From Chloroflexota bacterium (lineage in GTDB: Bacteria > Chloroflexota > UBA11872 > UBA12225 > JAJDUF01): 64,000 nucleotides of DNA. This document shows positions 42,337 through 51,505 of this stretch, piece by piece (the stretch's first letter is position 1; each line of letters opens with the position of its first letter). The notes beneath the pieces are model-generated. The model worked only from the letters and a program-made list of their open reading frames with translations. It searched no databases and was not told where the DNA came from. A program made the position numbers and the translations under genes. The stretch lies in NCBI GenBank assembly GCA_022826725.1, contig JAJDUF010000011.1, positions 101,000-164,999 on the forward strand. The letters run 5' to 3'.

Positions 42337-43512
42337 TCACAATGCCTTGATAAACTGCTTCCCTTGCTGAAGCCTAGTTCGAACATTTGAAGTTTGTGTA
42401 GTTGCATAGGTCGCTGCATCAACAAAACTCCTATCGACTCCTAGCCTCTGTAGTGCCTCGCTATCTAGGTGCCCGTTCAAGAAACGTTGTTCCTCAAAGG
42501 CTTTGTGGCAGGCAGCTGTAAACACCGCTTCGATTAGAGCAATGTTAAACCTATTCGTCCTCTTACTGACAAATGCCTTGTCTGGGAGATTGCCGGTCGC
42601 ATCCAAAAAGGAGTCAAAGAGCTGTCTGAGATACCTATTCTTCTGCGAATCATGCGTCTTGCTCATGCGTGAGAATTGATTGAGAAACCTCACCATCGAT
42701 GGCGAATAGTTGTGGCCATTGATCAGCATCGCAAAGATCCGGAGAAGTATTTCAACGTCCTTAAAGTGCAGGTCTGGTTCGGAACTTCCCAATAGACTAC
42801 GCCATCGCTGATCTGTGTTCATTTGAATCAACTCGTCGTAGAATTCGGAGTGATAAAGGCTGATCCGGATTTCTTGAGGCTTGAGATTGACACCTCCAGA
42901 GTTGAGGCGGCTGAATATCTCGTAGATGGAGGAGTCATCATCTGCTGGCGAATTCTGCTTGACTACAACATTTCTTATTGGCCGTAGGTCAAGTTGAAAC
43001 TTGTGGTCGCCCAGCGACTCATAGCTCAGACCGGAAAACGGATTAGGTTGAGTTGGCAGTTGGGCTGGGAGCTGAAGGCGGAAGTTTGTGAAGTAGCGGT
43101 CGTCATGAAGAATACCCGCCGGAATGGACCCCTTGTCATTGAAGACGCGGCGAAGTTCGGCGCGAGACTCCCTGCGGGGGAATCGCTGCTTTATGAAGTA
43201 ATAGATTGACATTAGGCGTTGTTGGCCATCGATCACGAGAAATCTATTCCTACCCTCTTCGTACAGGAACAACTGAGGTACTGGCAGACCAAGAATCAGC
43301 GATTCGATGAGTTTTGACGCTCTCTTGATATCCCACACGTAGTGGCGTTGAAATCCCGGTATGACAATGGCGCCTGACTCGACAAAATTGAAGAGGGTAG
43401 AGACATTGAAGTCATTGGGTGTGGCACTCAAGTCGTAATCAATTACGTTGGCGTCGTCCTCGCTCTCTCCGTAGTCGTCATACCACGGGCTATTGATTGA
43501 CTCGGAGTTCAC
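42337..43512 (-). CDS. DUF262 (ParB/GmrSD-like) protein
   Basis: IPGFQRHYVW, SKLIESLILGLPVP, VIDGQQRL, IFSRLNSGG.NL. Confidence 0.9.
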   Translation of the reverse strand: MNSESINSPWYDDYGESEDDANVIDYDLSATPNDFNVSTLFNFVESGAIVIPGFQRHYVWDIKRASKLIESLILGLPVPQLFLYEEGRNRFLVIDGQQRLMSIYYFIKQRFPRRESRAELRRVFNDKGSIPAGILHDDRYFTNFRLQLPAQLPTQPNPFSGLSYESLGDHKFQLDLRPIRNVVVKQNSPADDDSSIYEIFSRLNSGGVNLKPQEIRISLYHSEFYDELIQMNTDQRWRSLLGSSEPDLHFKDVEILLRIFAMLINGHNYSPSMVRFLNQFSRMSKTHDSQKNRYLRQLFDSFLDATGNLPDKAFVSKRTNRFNIALIEAVFTAACHKAFEEQRFLNGHLDSEALQRLGVDRSFVDAATYATTQTSNVRTRLQQGKQFIKAL

Positions 43513-43713
43513 AATTGTACCTCGCGGATGGTTGTGGATGCTGCCGCCGAGCCTATCATGGGCCCGCTAAACTACTGGCCGATGGATTAGGTATGGCGGC
43601 TGGCCAGGTCCAGGGCTAAGTATACCGCAAGCACCCAACCTCTTACAACCGGGCTACTTGGGCAGGATTTGGCCGATATATGCAGTGGGCTGCTGGGTTA
43701 GCCGAGTTGGTGG

Positions 43714-45246
43714 CTAGGAGACGGGGTGGGCGGCGACGCGGTTGGTCAGCCAGCGCCCGACGGGGGTATCGCCGGCGTAGCGGATGGTGTCGGCGAGGAG
43801 GTCGGCGAGGGAGGGATCATCCAGCAGGCGCTTGGCCAGCAGCGTGGCGGCCTGTGACCGGACGGCGAGGGGGACGCGCGGCTCGCCTGGCTCGGGGGCG
43901 GCGGCGGATGACTGGCGCTGGGCGGAATCACCGGCCGCCAGCTCTTCCTCGCCCTCGTCGGGCATCCCGCCGGCGGCCGGGGGGTGATAGGTCAGGTCGT
44001 CCATCAGCGCCTCGGCAATCTCGCGCGACCAGCATTCGTCATCGTCGGCCAGCTCCAACATCGCCAACTGGAGAGCCGCGCCGCCCTGGCCGAGTAGGTT
44101 GGGGCCGACAAACCCGGCATTGAAGTAGAGATACAGCCAGACTTGCTCGCGGGCCGGCGGCTCTAGCTGGCTGAGGCCTTGTGCCAGGTCTTCCGGCTCG
44201 AATTCGCGTCCATCGTTCGCCAGTCCGTGCATGAACGAGGTCACGGCCGGGCCGCGCATCAGGCGGTCCGGGTGCGGCTGCACGAGGCTCTCGAAATCCA
44301 CGTAGCGACCCGTCAGGACGACGTCGCGCCACCGCTGCTGCTCGTCGGCAAACCGGGCGAGCAAGGGGAAGGGGCAGGAGGGCACTCGGCGTAGCAGTGC
44401 CACCAACGCCAGTCCCTCTTGCAAGGGCCGCTCTAGCAGCGTACCGGCGAATTCGTGACTCCAGCCAAACCATAAGGGTGCGCCTTGCAGGGCGGCCAGC
44501 GTGCCGGCGAGCAGGCGGTCGAGCGCATCGTCGGGGGCATTCTTCCGCAGGAGCCGCCGTGCCTCTGCGTAGAGCAGATTGCTCCGGCTCTCCTCCGGGC
44601 CGGTGGCTGCCGTGTTCGACCGTTCGGCCAGCCCTAGCTGCTGGACGTGCCGCTGACGCGGACTGAGTAGGTCGTCCGGTCCGTCGGCCGGCGCCGGCTG
44701 CGTAGCCTGCATCCAGGTAGCCAGGAGTAGGTGCGCGTGGAGCACCGCGGTCGCCACCGGATGGTCTTGCTGCATGTCTCCCAGCACTTGCTCCAGTAGC
44801 ATCAAGATGTCGGGGCCAAGCGCATCCAGGGCCGGGGTCGGCGCCTTGACGACCGCCGTGCCGGCGGCTACCAGTGCCCGGTAGACCGCGGGTAGCGCCT
44901 CGGGGCCGGGTGGTGTCGGCTCGGCAAAGTACCAGTCGAGATAGTCCAGCACGGCGGCTTGCGTGGCTGCCTGGGCGATGACCTCGCCCACCTCTGCCGG
45001 CCCTACGCCCTCCCAGCCGGGGTTCAGCACATGCTCCAGCATCTCACGGAGGTCGTCATTAGCTCCGATCTCGTTGAGCCGCGACCAGGTAATCGTGAGG
45101 TTTCGGCCGGTATCGCCGGCTTTGCGCTCGCCGGCAAGCGACACCCACGGCCGCTGCACCGGGACCTCGGAGGGCTTTGCCGGGGGCGGTGTGGGTGGTT
45201 CGGCGCGGTTGCGGGGGGTATCGGACGAGCGACTCGCGCGTGTCAT
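43714..45246 (-). CDS. Hypothetical helical protein
   Basis: 510-aa ORF with host-like codon bias; no recognised motif. Confidence 0.7.
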   Translation of the reverse strand: MTRASRSSDTPRNRAEPPTPPPAKPSEVPVQRPWVSLAGERKAGDTGRNLTITWSRLNEIGANDDLREMLEHVLNPGWEGVGPAEVGEVIAQAATQAAVLDYLDWYFAEPTPPGPEALPAVYRALVAAGTAVVKAPTPALDALGPDILMLLEQVLGDMQQDHPVATAVLHAHLLLATWMQATQPAPADGPDDLLSPRQRHVQQLGLAERSNTAATGPEESRSNLLYAEARRLLRKNAPDDALDRLLAGTLAALQGAPLWFGWSHEFAGTLLERPLQEGLALVALLRRVPSCPFPLLARFADEQQRWRDVVLTGRYVDFESLVQPHPDRLMRGPAVTSFMHGLANDGREFEPEDLAQGLSQLEPPAREQVWLYLYFNAGFVGPNLLGQGGAALQLAMLELADDDECWSREIAEALMDDLTYHPPAAGGMPDEGEEELAAGDSAQRQSSAAAPEPGEPRVPLAVRSQAATLLAKRLLDDPSLADLLADTIRYAGDTPVGRWLTNRVAAHPVS

Positions 45247-45454
45247 TCTTGTCCACCAGGGTAGAAGTCATACCGTTGGGCCACAGTGCAGCCCTCCCGG
45301 TACGATAATCACAGCTTACCACCCGGTACACCGCAGCGCCAACGGCCATCTACCGGAGCGGTCCACGTGGCCCGCCTGACCGGTTTGCCGGATGGTCTCG
45401 AACCGGCCGGTATACTTCGGCCTATACACGGTTTCGCCAGGTGTGAGAGGCATT

Positions 45455-46561
45455 ATGCTCCAACTGGGCATCGTCGGGTTCCCGCAGAGCGGCAAGTCCA
45501 CGCTTCTCGCGGGACTCATCGAGGGCCGGCAGCCGACGCGCTTGGGCAAGGGTGGCGCGGCGATGCACGCTGCCGTTGTCAAGGTGCCGGACCCGCGGCT
45601 CGACCACCTCGGCGCGCTGTATCCCGACCGCAAGCGCGTCTACGCCGAGGTGGAGTATGTGGACTTTCCCTATGCCAGCCTCGGTCAGCGTGACCAGAGC
45701 GCCGAGGCCGCCTGGATTGGCAGCCTCCGCACCGTTGACGCGCTGGTGGCGGTGGTACGGGCGTTCGATGACCAGTCGGATGCTCCGCAGCCGGTGGCCG
45801 ATAGCCTCGCCGGCCCGCTGGCCAACGTCGCCGATCTTCAGCTTGAGCTGGTGCTCGCCGACTTGCCGCTGGTGGAGCGCCGACTCGGGCGGCTCAAGGC
45901 AGACCTGGGTCGTGCGACGCGCGACGAGCGCCGCAGCCTGATGCAAGAGCAGGGCACGCTGTTGCAGCTTCAGACGCAGCTCGAAGCCGAAGTTCCGCTG
46001 CGGATGCTGGACCTGGATGACGAGAGTTGGCGCCGGTTGCGTGGATTCCGGTTTCTCAGCGCCAAACCGCTGCTCTATGTTCTGAACATCGGCGAGCAGC
46101 AGTTGGGAGAGCGTGCCGGCCTCGAAGCGGAGTTTGCCCGGCGCGTTGCCGGACCCGGCACTGCCGGCTTGGCGCTCTGCGCGCAAATGGAGCTGGAGCT
46201 GGCGGCCCTGGCCGAGCCTGACCGGCAGCCCTTCATGGAAGACCTGGGCCTCAGTGAGCTTGCTGCCGGGCGCGTGATCCGGGCCAGTTATCAGGTCTGT
46301 GGCTTGAGTACCTTCTTCACTATCGGCGACGACGAGGTGCGGGCCTGGAGCGTGCCTACCGGTACGCTCGCGCCGCAAGCAGCGGGACTCGTGCATACCG
46401 ACATGGAGCGGGGCTTTATTCGAGCGGAAGTGATCTCTTTCGAGGCACTGGCCGCAGCGGGTGATATGGCCGCGGCCCGCCGGCAGGGGCTACTCCGACA
46501 GGAAGGGCGCACCTACGGTGTCAACGATGGCGACGTGCTGCACTTCCTGTTCAGTCGCTAA
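45455..46561 (+). CDS. ychF: Ribosome-binding ATPase YchF
   Basis: GIVGFPQSGKST, VPDPRL, FFT.G..EVRAW, AAG.VHTD.ERGFIRAE. Confidence 0.93.
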   Translation: MLQLGIVGFPQSGKSTLLAGLIEGRQPTRLGKGGAAMHAAVVKVPDPRLDHLGALYPDRKRVYAEVEYVDFPYASLGQRDQSAEAAWIGSLRTVDALVAVVRAFDDQSDAPQPVADSLAGPLANVADLQLELVLADLPLVERRLGRLKADLGRATRDERRSLMQEQGTLLQLQTQLEAEVPLRMLDLDDESWRRLRGFRFLSAKPLLYVLNIGEQQLGERAGLEAEFARRVAGPGTAGLALCAQMELELAALAEPDRQPFMEDLGLSELAAGRVIRASYQVCGLSTFFTIGDDEVRAWSVPTGTLAPQAAGLVHTDMERGFIRAEVISFEALAAAGDMAAARRQGLLRQEGRTYGVNDGDVLHFLFSR

Positions 46562-46743
46562 TGCCGGACATGCCCGTTGTCGCTAGGAGTAACGCGGGCC
46601 AGGTCCGCGCTACCCGCTGTGTCCCCGCGAGGACCGGAGCGGTAGGCACGGCGTACACTAAACGATCTCGGGACGGCTCAACGTGGGGCGGCAAACTGGT
46701 ATCGTTTCAGGATGTACCGGCGCGAAGTCCGGGAGGAGCAAAG

Positions 46744-47064
46744 GTGGGAGTATTAGAAGCCATCCGCGACGTGGTCGTCATTCTGGTCGCGCTCGCTGCG
46801 TTGGCAGCGAACATCGCTCTAATCGTGCTCGTCCTTAAGCTGTGGGGCATGGTGAAGGCGTTGCGAGAGGAAGTCAGTCCCGTCCTCGGCTCGCTGACAC
46901 ACACCTCCAATACGGTGCGGGAGACGACGTCGCTGGTCGGTGAGCTGGTAATCGGGCCGCTGGCGCGGGCGGCGGGGCTGGCGAACGGCTTTCTAACGCT
47001 CGTGCGGGCGCTGACCACCATTGGTCGGGGCGGGCGGCACCGGGGAGATGATCGTGTACGTTAG
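46744..47064 (+). CDS. Small membrane protein (DUF948-like)
   Basis: GGAGG RBS, GTG start, N-terminal TM helix then amphipathic helix. Confidence 0.6.
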   Translation: MGVLEAIRDVVVILVALAALAANIALIVLVLKLWGMVKALREEVSPVLGSLTHTSNTVRETTSLVGELVIGPLARAAGLANGFLTLVRALTTIGRGGRHRGDDRVR

Positions 47065-47287
47065 CGGGTCCTTCTGGCGCGGCCTGTTACTGGGTGCTTT
47101 GATTGGCGCAGTGCTCGGCCTGTTGCTGGCACCGCGACATGGCGAGGAGACGAGGGCGGCGGTCCGTGCCCATCTCGCCAACGCGCGGCGCGAGGCGGAG
47201 GCTGCCCGTGCCACGGCCGAGCGCGAAGTCTTACAGCGTTACGAGGCCATTGTGGCCCCTCCGCCGAGCGAGCAGGCCGAGGCGTAG
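47048..47287 (+). CDS. YtxH-domain protein
   Basis: FWRGLLLGALIGAVLGLLLAPRHGEETR. Confidence 0.8.
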   Translation: MIVYVSGSFWRGLLLGALIGAVLGLLLAPRHGEETRAAVRAHLANARREAEAARATAEREVLQRYEAIVAPPPSEQAEA

Positions 47288-47303
47288 GACAGGAGAACGG
47301 GTC

Positions 47304-47591
47304 ATGGAAGTCCTGCGCGTCGCGTATGAAATCGCGGTCATCGTCTTGGCGCTGATGGCGCTGATCGGCTCGCTCGTCGTGGCCGTTATCATCGGCGGCC
47401 TCGCTTTTGTCGTCCATCGCTGGGGCAACAAGGCGGTGGACGGTGCCCACGTTGTGCGGCTCAAGGCAGAGGCAGCTGAGGACGCAGCTCACCGCGGTAT
47501 GCAGCGTGGCGTGATCGGGCCGGTAGCGCAGGCGCAGGGCTGGGCGCGGTGGCTGAGTACGTTCGGCCGGCGCGCCTTGGACGATTCGTAG
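47304..47591 (+). CDS. Small membrane protein
   Basis: AGGAG RBS; N-terminal hydrophobic helix. Confidence 0.65.
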   Translation: MEVLRVAYEIAVIVLALMALIGSLVVAVIIGGLAFVVHRWGNKAVDGAHVVRLKAEAAEDAAHRGMQRGVIGPVAQAQGWARWLSTFGRRALDDS

Positions 47592-47630
47592 GGCGACGTG
47601 TAACGGCCGGCGGCAATAGCTACGCGGCAG

Positions 47631-48569
47631 TTACGACAGGTTCATGAGCGTGGCGGCGAGGAGGCCGCAGGCGACGCCGACGGCCGCGCGGCCATGCAGC
47701 GGTTCCTTCCAGATCAGCCACCCGGCGCACGCGGTGAGTATCTGCGTGGCTGCGCCCGTGAGTGGGAACGCGATGGTGCCGCTGACCTGGACGAGTGCCC
47801 GCAAGAGCAGTTCGATCTGGGCGATGTTCGTGATGCCGATGGCCATGCCGAGCGCGAGGGCAGACGTGGCGGCGTGCGGCGCTTGGCTCTGGTATCGGCC
47901 GCTTTGGCTCAGAGGCTTAGTGAAGCGGTGCCGCAGCGGCCAGCTGAGTGCGGAGAGCGCCGTCGCGGTCGCAAACGTGCCGAAGTTGTAGGCCGGCCGC
48001 TGCTCCTCTTGACGTAGCTCCGCGAAGGACTTGGCGGCGAGCAGTCCCATACCGCCGAGCAGCAGCACGAGGGCAAGAAACCCGACCGTCCCGGCGCGCC
48101 TGACGAGCGGGTGCCGCGGCGTGTCTTCCGAGTCGCGTGGCTCCGAGCCTACACCGGCCTCGCGTGGCCGGCGCGCGCTGCCGAGCAAGGGCACGGCTAT
48201 GGCGGCCAGGATCAAACCCAGCGTCTGCCAGACATTGGGATATTCTTGCCAGATCACGATGGACGCTATCGTTGGGATGGCGACCGACAGGCGAAGTAGC
48301 GATACCACGACGGCTACGCCGCTGCGGCTCAACATCACGAAGAGCAGCAGGAACATCGTCTGGTACTGGAAGCCCTGGATGGCGCCGAACGCGAGTGCCG
48401 GCCAGGTCGGCACTACGCCAGACTGCACCAGCACTATCGTCGCGATCACGCACGCGGTGGCGTAGTTGGTAGCGCCGATCAGCAGGTACTGCCGTTGGCG
48501 CTGGCGGGCGAGGCGGACGGACAGGAGGAATGCCGTGTTGCCCAGGATATGCAGGAAGAGGTAAATCAC
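47631..48569 (-). CDS. DMT/EamA family transporter
   Basis: About 10 hydrophobic segments; IVIWQEYP and WLIWKEPL repeat motifs; start uncertain. Confidence 0.8.
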   Translation of the reverse strand: MIYLFLHILGNTAFLLSVRLARQRQRQYLLIGATNYATACVIATIVLVQSGVVPTWPALAFGAIQGFQYQTMFLLLFVMLSRSGVAVVVSLLRLSVAIPTIASIVIWQEYPNVWQTLGLILAAIAVPLLGSARRPREAGVGSEPRDSEDTPRHPLVRRAGTVGFLALVLLLGGMGLLAAKSFAELRQEEQRPAYNFGTFATATALSALSWPLRHRFTKPLSQSGRYQSQAPHAATSALALGMAIGITNIAQIELLLRALVQVSGTIAFPLTGAATQILTACAGWLIWKEPLHGRAAVGVACGLLAATLMNLS

Positions 48570-48913
48570 AGGCGGTAGTGTACAGTTCGGCCCACGTTGC
48601 TCCGGTGGAAGCACTGGCGCCAGCACGCAGGCAGCAGCGCCGGTCGACTGTCACGCGATTGTCACCGTGCCGCAGCCGCGCCGTCACATGGCCACCATAG
48701 AGCAGGGAGTGCCTCGTCAGTCGGACTCCCGATTGACGCCCATCCTCCTTTATAGTGCCGGGCGTCCGGTCCCCCAGTCAGCCGGATGCCCGGTCGTCTC
48801 CCCCCCCGCACACTCGCGGAGCTGTGCCGCGCACCGTGCCACCGGCGGAAGGCGGAGCGTTATAATCGGCTGACTAACCCGTGAGTATCCGACGAGTGAG
48901 AGGAGCGAGGCAT

Positions 48914-50005
48914 ATGGGCATGGCAGATGGCACCGTCCGCGTAGGGATTGTCGGCGCCGGGGGGATTGTACGGCAACGCCACTACCCCGGTCTGAGCAAG
49001 ATCGCCCGCGTCGAGCTGGTGTCGGTGGCCAACAGTACGCCGGAGAGCACGCAGCGGGCGGCCGCCGAGTTCGGTATTCCGACGACCTACGGGAGTTGGC
49101 AGGATCTGGTGGCGGCCGACGACACCGACGCTATCGTGATCGGCACCCAGCCGTATTTGCACCGGGAGATTACGGTCGCCGCGCTCGATGCCGGCAAGCA
49201 TGTGTTCTGCCAGGCGCGCATGGCGATGGACTACCAGGACGCGAAAGTTATGTACGAGCGCGCACTGGCCTCCGGTTGCACGACGATGCTCTGTCCGCCA
49301 CCGCACTATATGGAGGGAGACACGACGATTCGCCGGTTGCTGCGCCAAGGCTACGTCGGTCCGGTCTACAACGTGATCATGCGCTCCTACAGCGACAACT
49401 ATCTCGACCCGGATACGCCCATCCACTGGCGGCAGATCGGCCACATCTCCGGCTTCAATACGCTGGAAGTCGGGATGCTCTCCGAGGTGCTCCACCGCTG
49501 GCTCGGCTACGCCAAGCGGGTAACGGCCCAGACGTTGACTGCCATCCCGGAGCGGCCGGCGGCGGCCGGCGAGGGCCGTAGCGTCGTGGATAGGCCGGAT
49601 GCACTCACAGTCGTGGCCGAGCTGGAGAACGGCGGCGTGGTGACGTTCCTGTTCAGCGGCGTTGCACGAGGCGGGGCCGACCGCAACAGCGTCGAAATCT
49701 ACGGCGCCGACGGCGCCCTGCGGTACAACTTCGGCGCAGACCACCTCTCCGGGATGCGTGGCGACGAGACCGACTGGAGCACGATCCCGATTGACCAATC
49801 CGAGACGCGCGAGTGGACGGCCGAGGCGGACTGGATCGAGGCAATTCGCGCCGGGCAGTGGGGATCGCCGAGCTTCTGGGACGGCCTGAAGTATATGGAG
49901 ATGACCGAGGCCATCTTCCGCGCGGCTGAAACGGGCCAAGCACAGGTGATGCCGTTCGAGGCACTTGAGCAGCCGGCGCGCGCCCGCGCCGCTATCGGCA
50001 TGTAG
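48914..50005 (+). CDS. Gfo/Idh/MocA family oxidoreductase
   Basis: VGIVGAGGI, DAIVIGT.P..H, ALDAGKHVFCQARMA. Confidence 0.9.
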   Translation: MGMADGTVRVGIVGAGGIVRQRHYPGLSKIARVELVSVANSTPESTQRAAAEFGIPTTYGSWQDLVAADDTDAIVIGTQPYLHREITVAALDAGKHVFCQARMAMDYQDAKVMYERALASGCTTMLCPPPHYMEGDTTIRRLLRQGYVGPVYNVIMRSYSDNYLDPDTPIHWRQIGHISGFNTLEVGMLSEVLHRWLGYAKRVTAQTLTAIPERPAAAGEGRSVVDRPDALTVVAELENGGVVTFLFSGVARGGADRNSVEIYGADGALRYNFGADHLSGMRGDETDWSTIPIDQSETREWTAEADWIEAIRAGQWGSPSFWDGLKYMEMTEAIFRAAETGQAQVMPFEALEQPARARAAIGM

Positions 50006-50019
50006 GGACGGCGGGGGCA

Positions 50020-50258
50020 GGGCGGACCTCACCCCCGGCCCCTCTCCACCATGGTGGGGAGGGGGGAAGCGGCTGGCAAAGATAGGTTTCGGCGGGTGGC
50101 CGCGGCGGGGCGCGGGGGTGGTGTCGGCGTGAGAAGCCCGTACACGCGGTGGAGCAAGACCGCGGATAGGGCGGTACTTGGATGGCAGGATGCACTTGGT
50201 GGGTGGAGGGGGAGGGTATGGCCTTACCCCCGGCCCCTCTCCACATTGTGGAGAGGGG
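50020..50258 (+). repeat. Two REP-like palindromes (CCyyACCCCCGGCCCCTCTCC-loop-GGAGAGGGG family)
   Basis: Copies at ~50020-50068 and ~50222-50258; same family at ~51013, ~58243 and ~60612. Confidence 0.8.
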
Positions 50259-50449
50259 TGGCTTTCTGCTTGCGCTGGGTTGTGTTTGGCCCCCCTGAAT
50301 TTCCCCCGCGGTGCAGGGGGACGGAGAGACTTGGGAATAGCCCGCGTGAGTGGTGATCTGGGGGGCTAGTGAGTGGTTTAGGGTGCGGGGATTGGCAGGA
50401 GTGCGGGGCAAGCCTTCCTGGCGCAGCCGGTGTGGGCCGGCCGGCAAGG

Positions 50450-50770
50450 CAACGGTGGCGATGGGTGCGGCACTCGGACGGTGATGACGTGGTGCGGTGG
50501 CCGTAGTGGCCGGCACTGCGTCAGCACCCGGTGCCAGCAGGGCGGCACTCAGACGGTCACGGCAAGGCGCTCCCGCCGTAGTGGCGAGGGGCCGGCCATG
50601 ACCCGGTGCCCTAGCGGCACTCTGACAGTACTGACCCGGCGCCCGCGCTGAAGTAGCGCGGGGTATGTCAGCACCCGGTGCCGTAGAAGCGGCACTCAGG
50701 CGGCCATGCCGCGCCGCGCACAGGGCGGCGTGGGGTCGCTCATGACCCGGTGCCCTCGGCTGGGTGGCGG
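50450..50770 (+). repeat. Periodic array of ACCCGGTGCC-N3-6-GCGGCACTC units with hairpin spacers
   Basis: ACCCGGTGCC at 50526, 50601, 50673, 50745; GCGGCACTC at 50467, 50542, 50614, 50689. Confidence 0.8.
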
Positions 50771-50910
50771 TGCCACCGTCGTTGACTAGCATGATGATGC
50801 GAGTGGGTTTCCCTGCCGGGCGGTGCCCGGTGCTCCAGGAGGGACTTGCAGCTGCCACATCCCCGTCAGTGGGTACACATTGGCGGGGGTGGGGGAAAGA
50901 CAACGGCCGC

Positions 50911-50938
50911 GTCAGTGGTCAGTGGTTAGTGGTCAGCG
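50911..50938 (+). repeat. Heptamer tandem repeat (GTCAGTG x4, degenerate)
   Basis: GTCAGTG GTCAGTG GTTAGTG GTCAGCG. Confidence 0.6.
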
Positions 50939-51012
50939 GGGTGCGAAGTAGGCCTCACCCACTGATGGGCCAAAGCCGCACGGATAGTGCCAGGTGTGGT
51001 GCGCCTTTGGCC

Positions 51013-51097
51013 CATCACCCGGCCCCCTCTCCAACATTTGGAGAGGGGAGTAGGGCTGGCCCCCCTATGGTCCCCCCGCACTGCGGGGGGACGGGGA
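51013..51097 (+). repeat. REP-like palindrome plus second C-rich/G-rich hairpin
   Basis: CCCGGCCCCCTCTCCAACATTTGGAGAGGGG also present at ~60627; CCCCCCGCACTGCGGGGGG resembles hairpin at ~50303. Confidence 0.7.
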
Positions 51098-51182
51098 CTC
51101 CCAAGTGCGTGGGGATGATGGGACAGGAGGCTGGACTGTGGCTCGCGCTGCAATGACGAGGCGAGAGCCGGGTAGGAGGTGA

Positions 51183-51491
51183 GTGGGTATGGGAGATGCA
51201 GCGGGGAAGTTTCAGACGATCCACCCGGAGGCGGGTAAGCAGGGTACGAAGATAGACGTCGCAAAGTACGAGGCGATGAAGGCTGCGCTGCTGGCGGTAG
51301 TGCCGGCGACCGGAGACGGTGTGCGATTCATGGATCTCGGGGAGGCAGTGGAGCCGCACTTGCCGGCCGAGTTGTTTGCCAACGCCTCGATAAGCTGGTA
51401 TGTCGTCACGGTCAAGCTCGACCTGGAGGCGCGCGGTCTGATCGAGCGGGTTCCCGGGGCGCGGCCGCAGCGCGTGCGGCGCGTGACGTAG
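51183..51491 (+). CDS. Small winged-helix-like protein (DUF6958-like)
   Basis: KYEAMKAALL...SISWYVVTVKLDLEARGLIERV; GGAGG RBS. Confidence 0.7.
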   Translation: MGMGDAAGKFQTIHPEAGKQGTKIDVAKYEAMKAALLAVVPATGDGVRFMDLGEAVEPHLPAELFANASISWYVVTVKLDLEARGLIERVPGARPQRVRRVT

Positions 51492-51505
51492 GGCGCTGCG
51501 CCTAC

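Noticed and set aside
50450-50770. Canonical CRISPR array
   Set aside because: Repeats have variable internal loops, spacers are related hairpins, and there are no cas genes or leader
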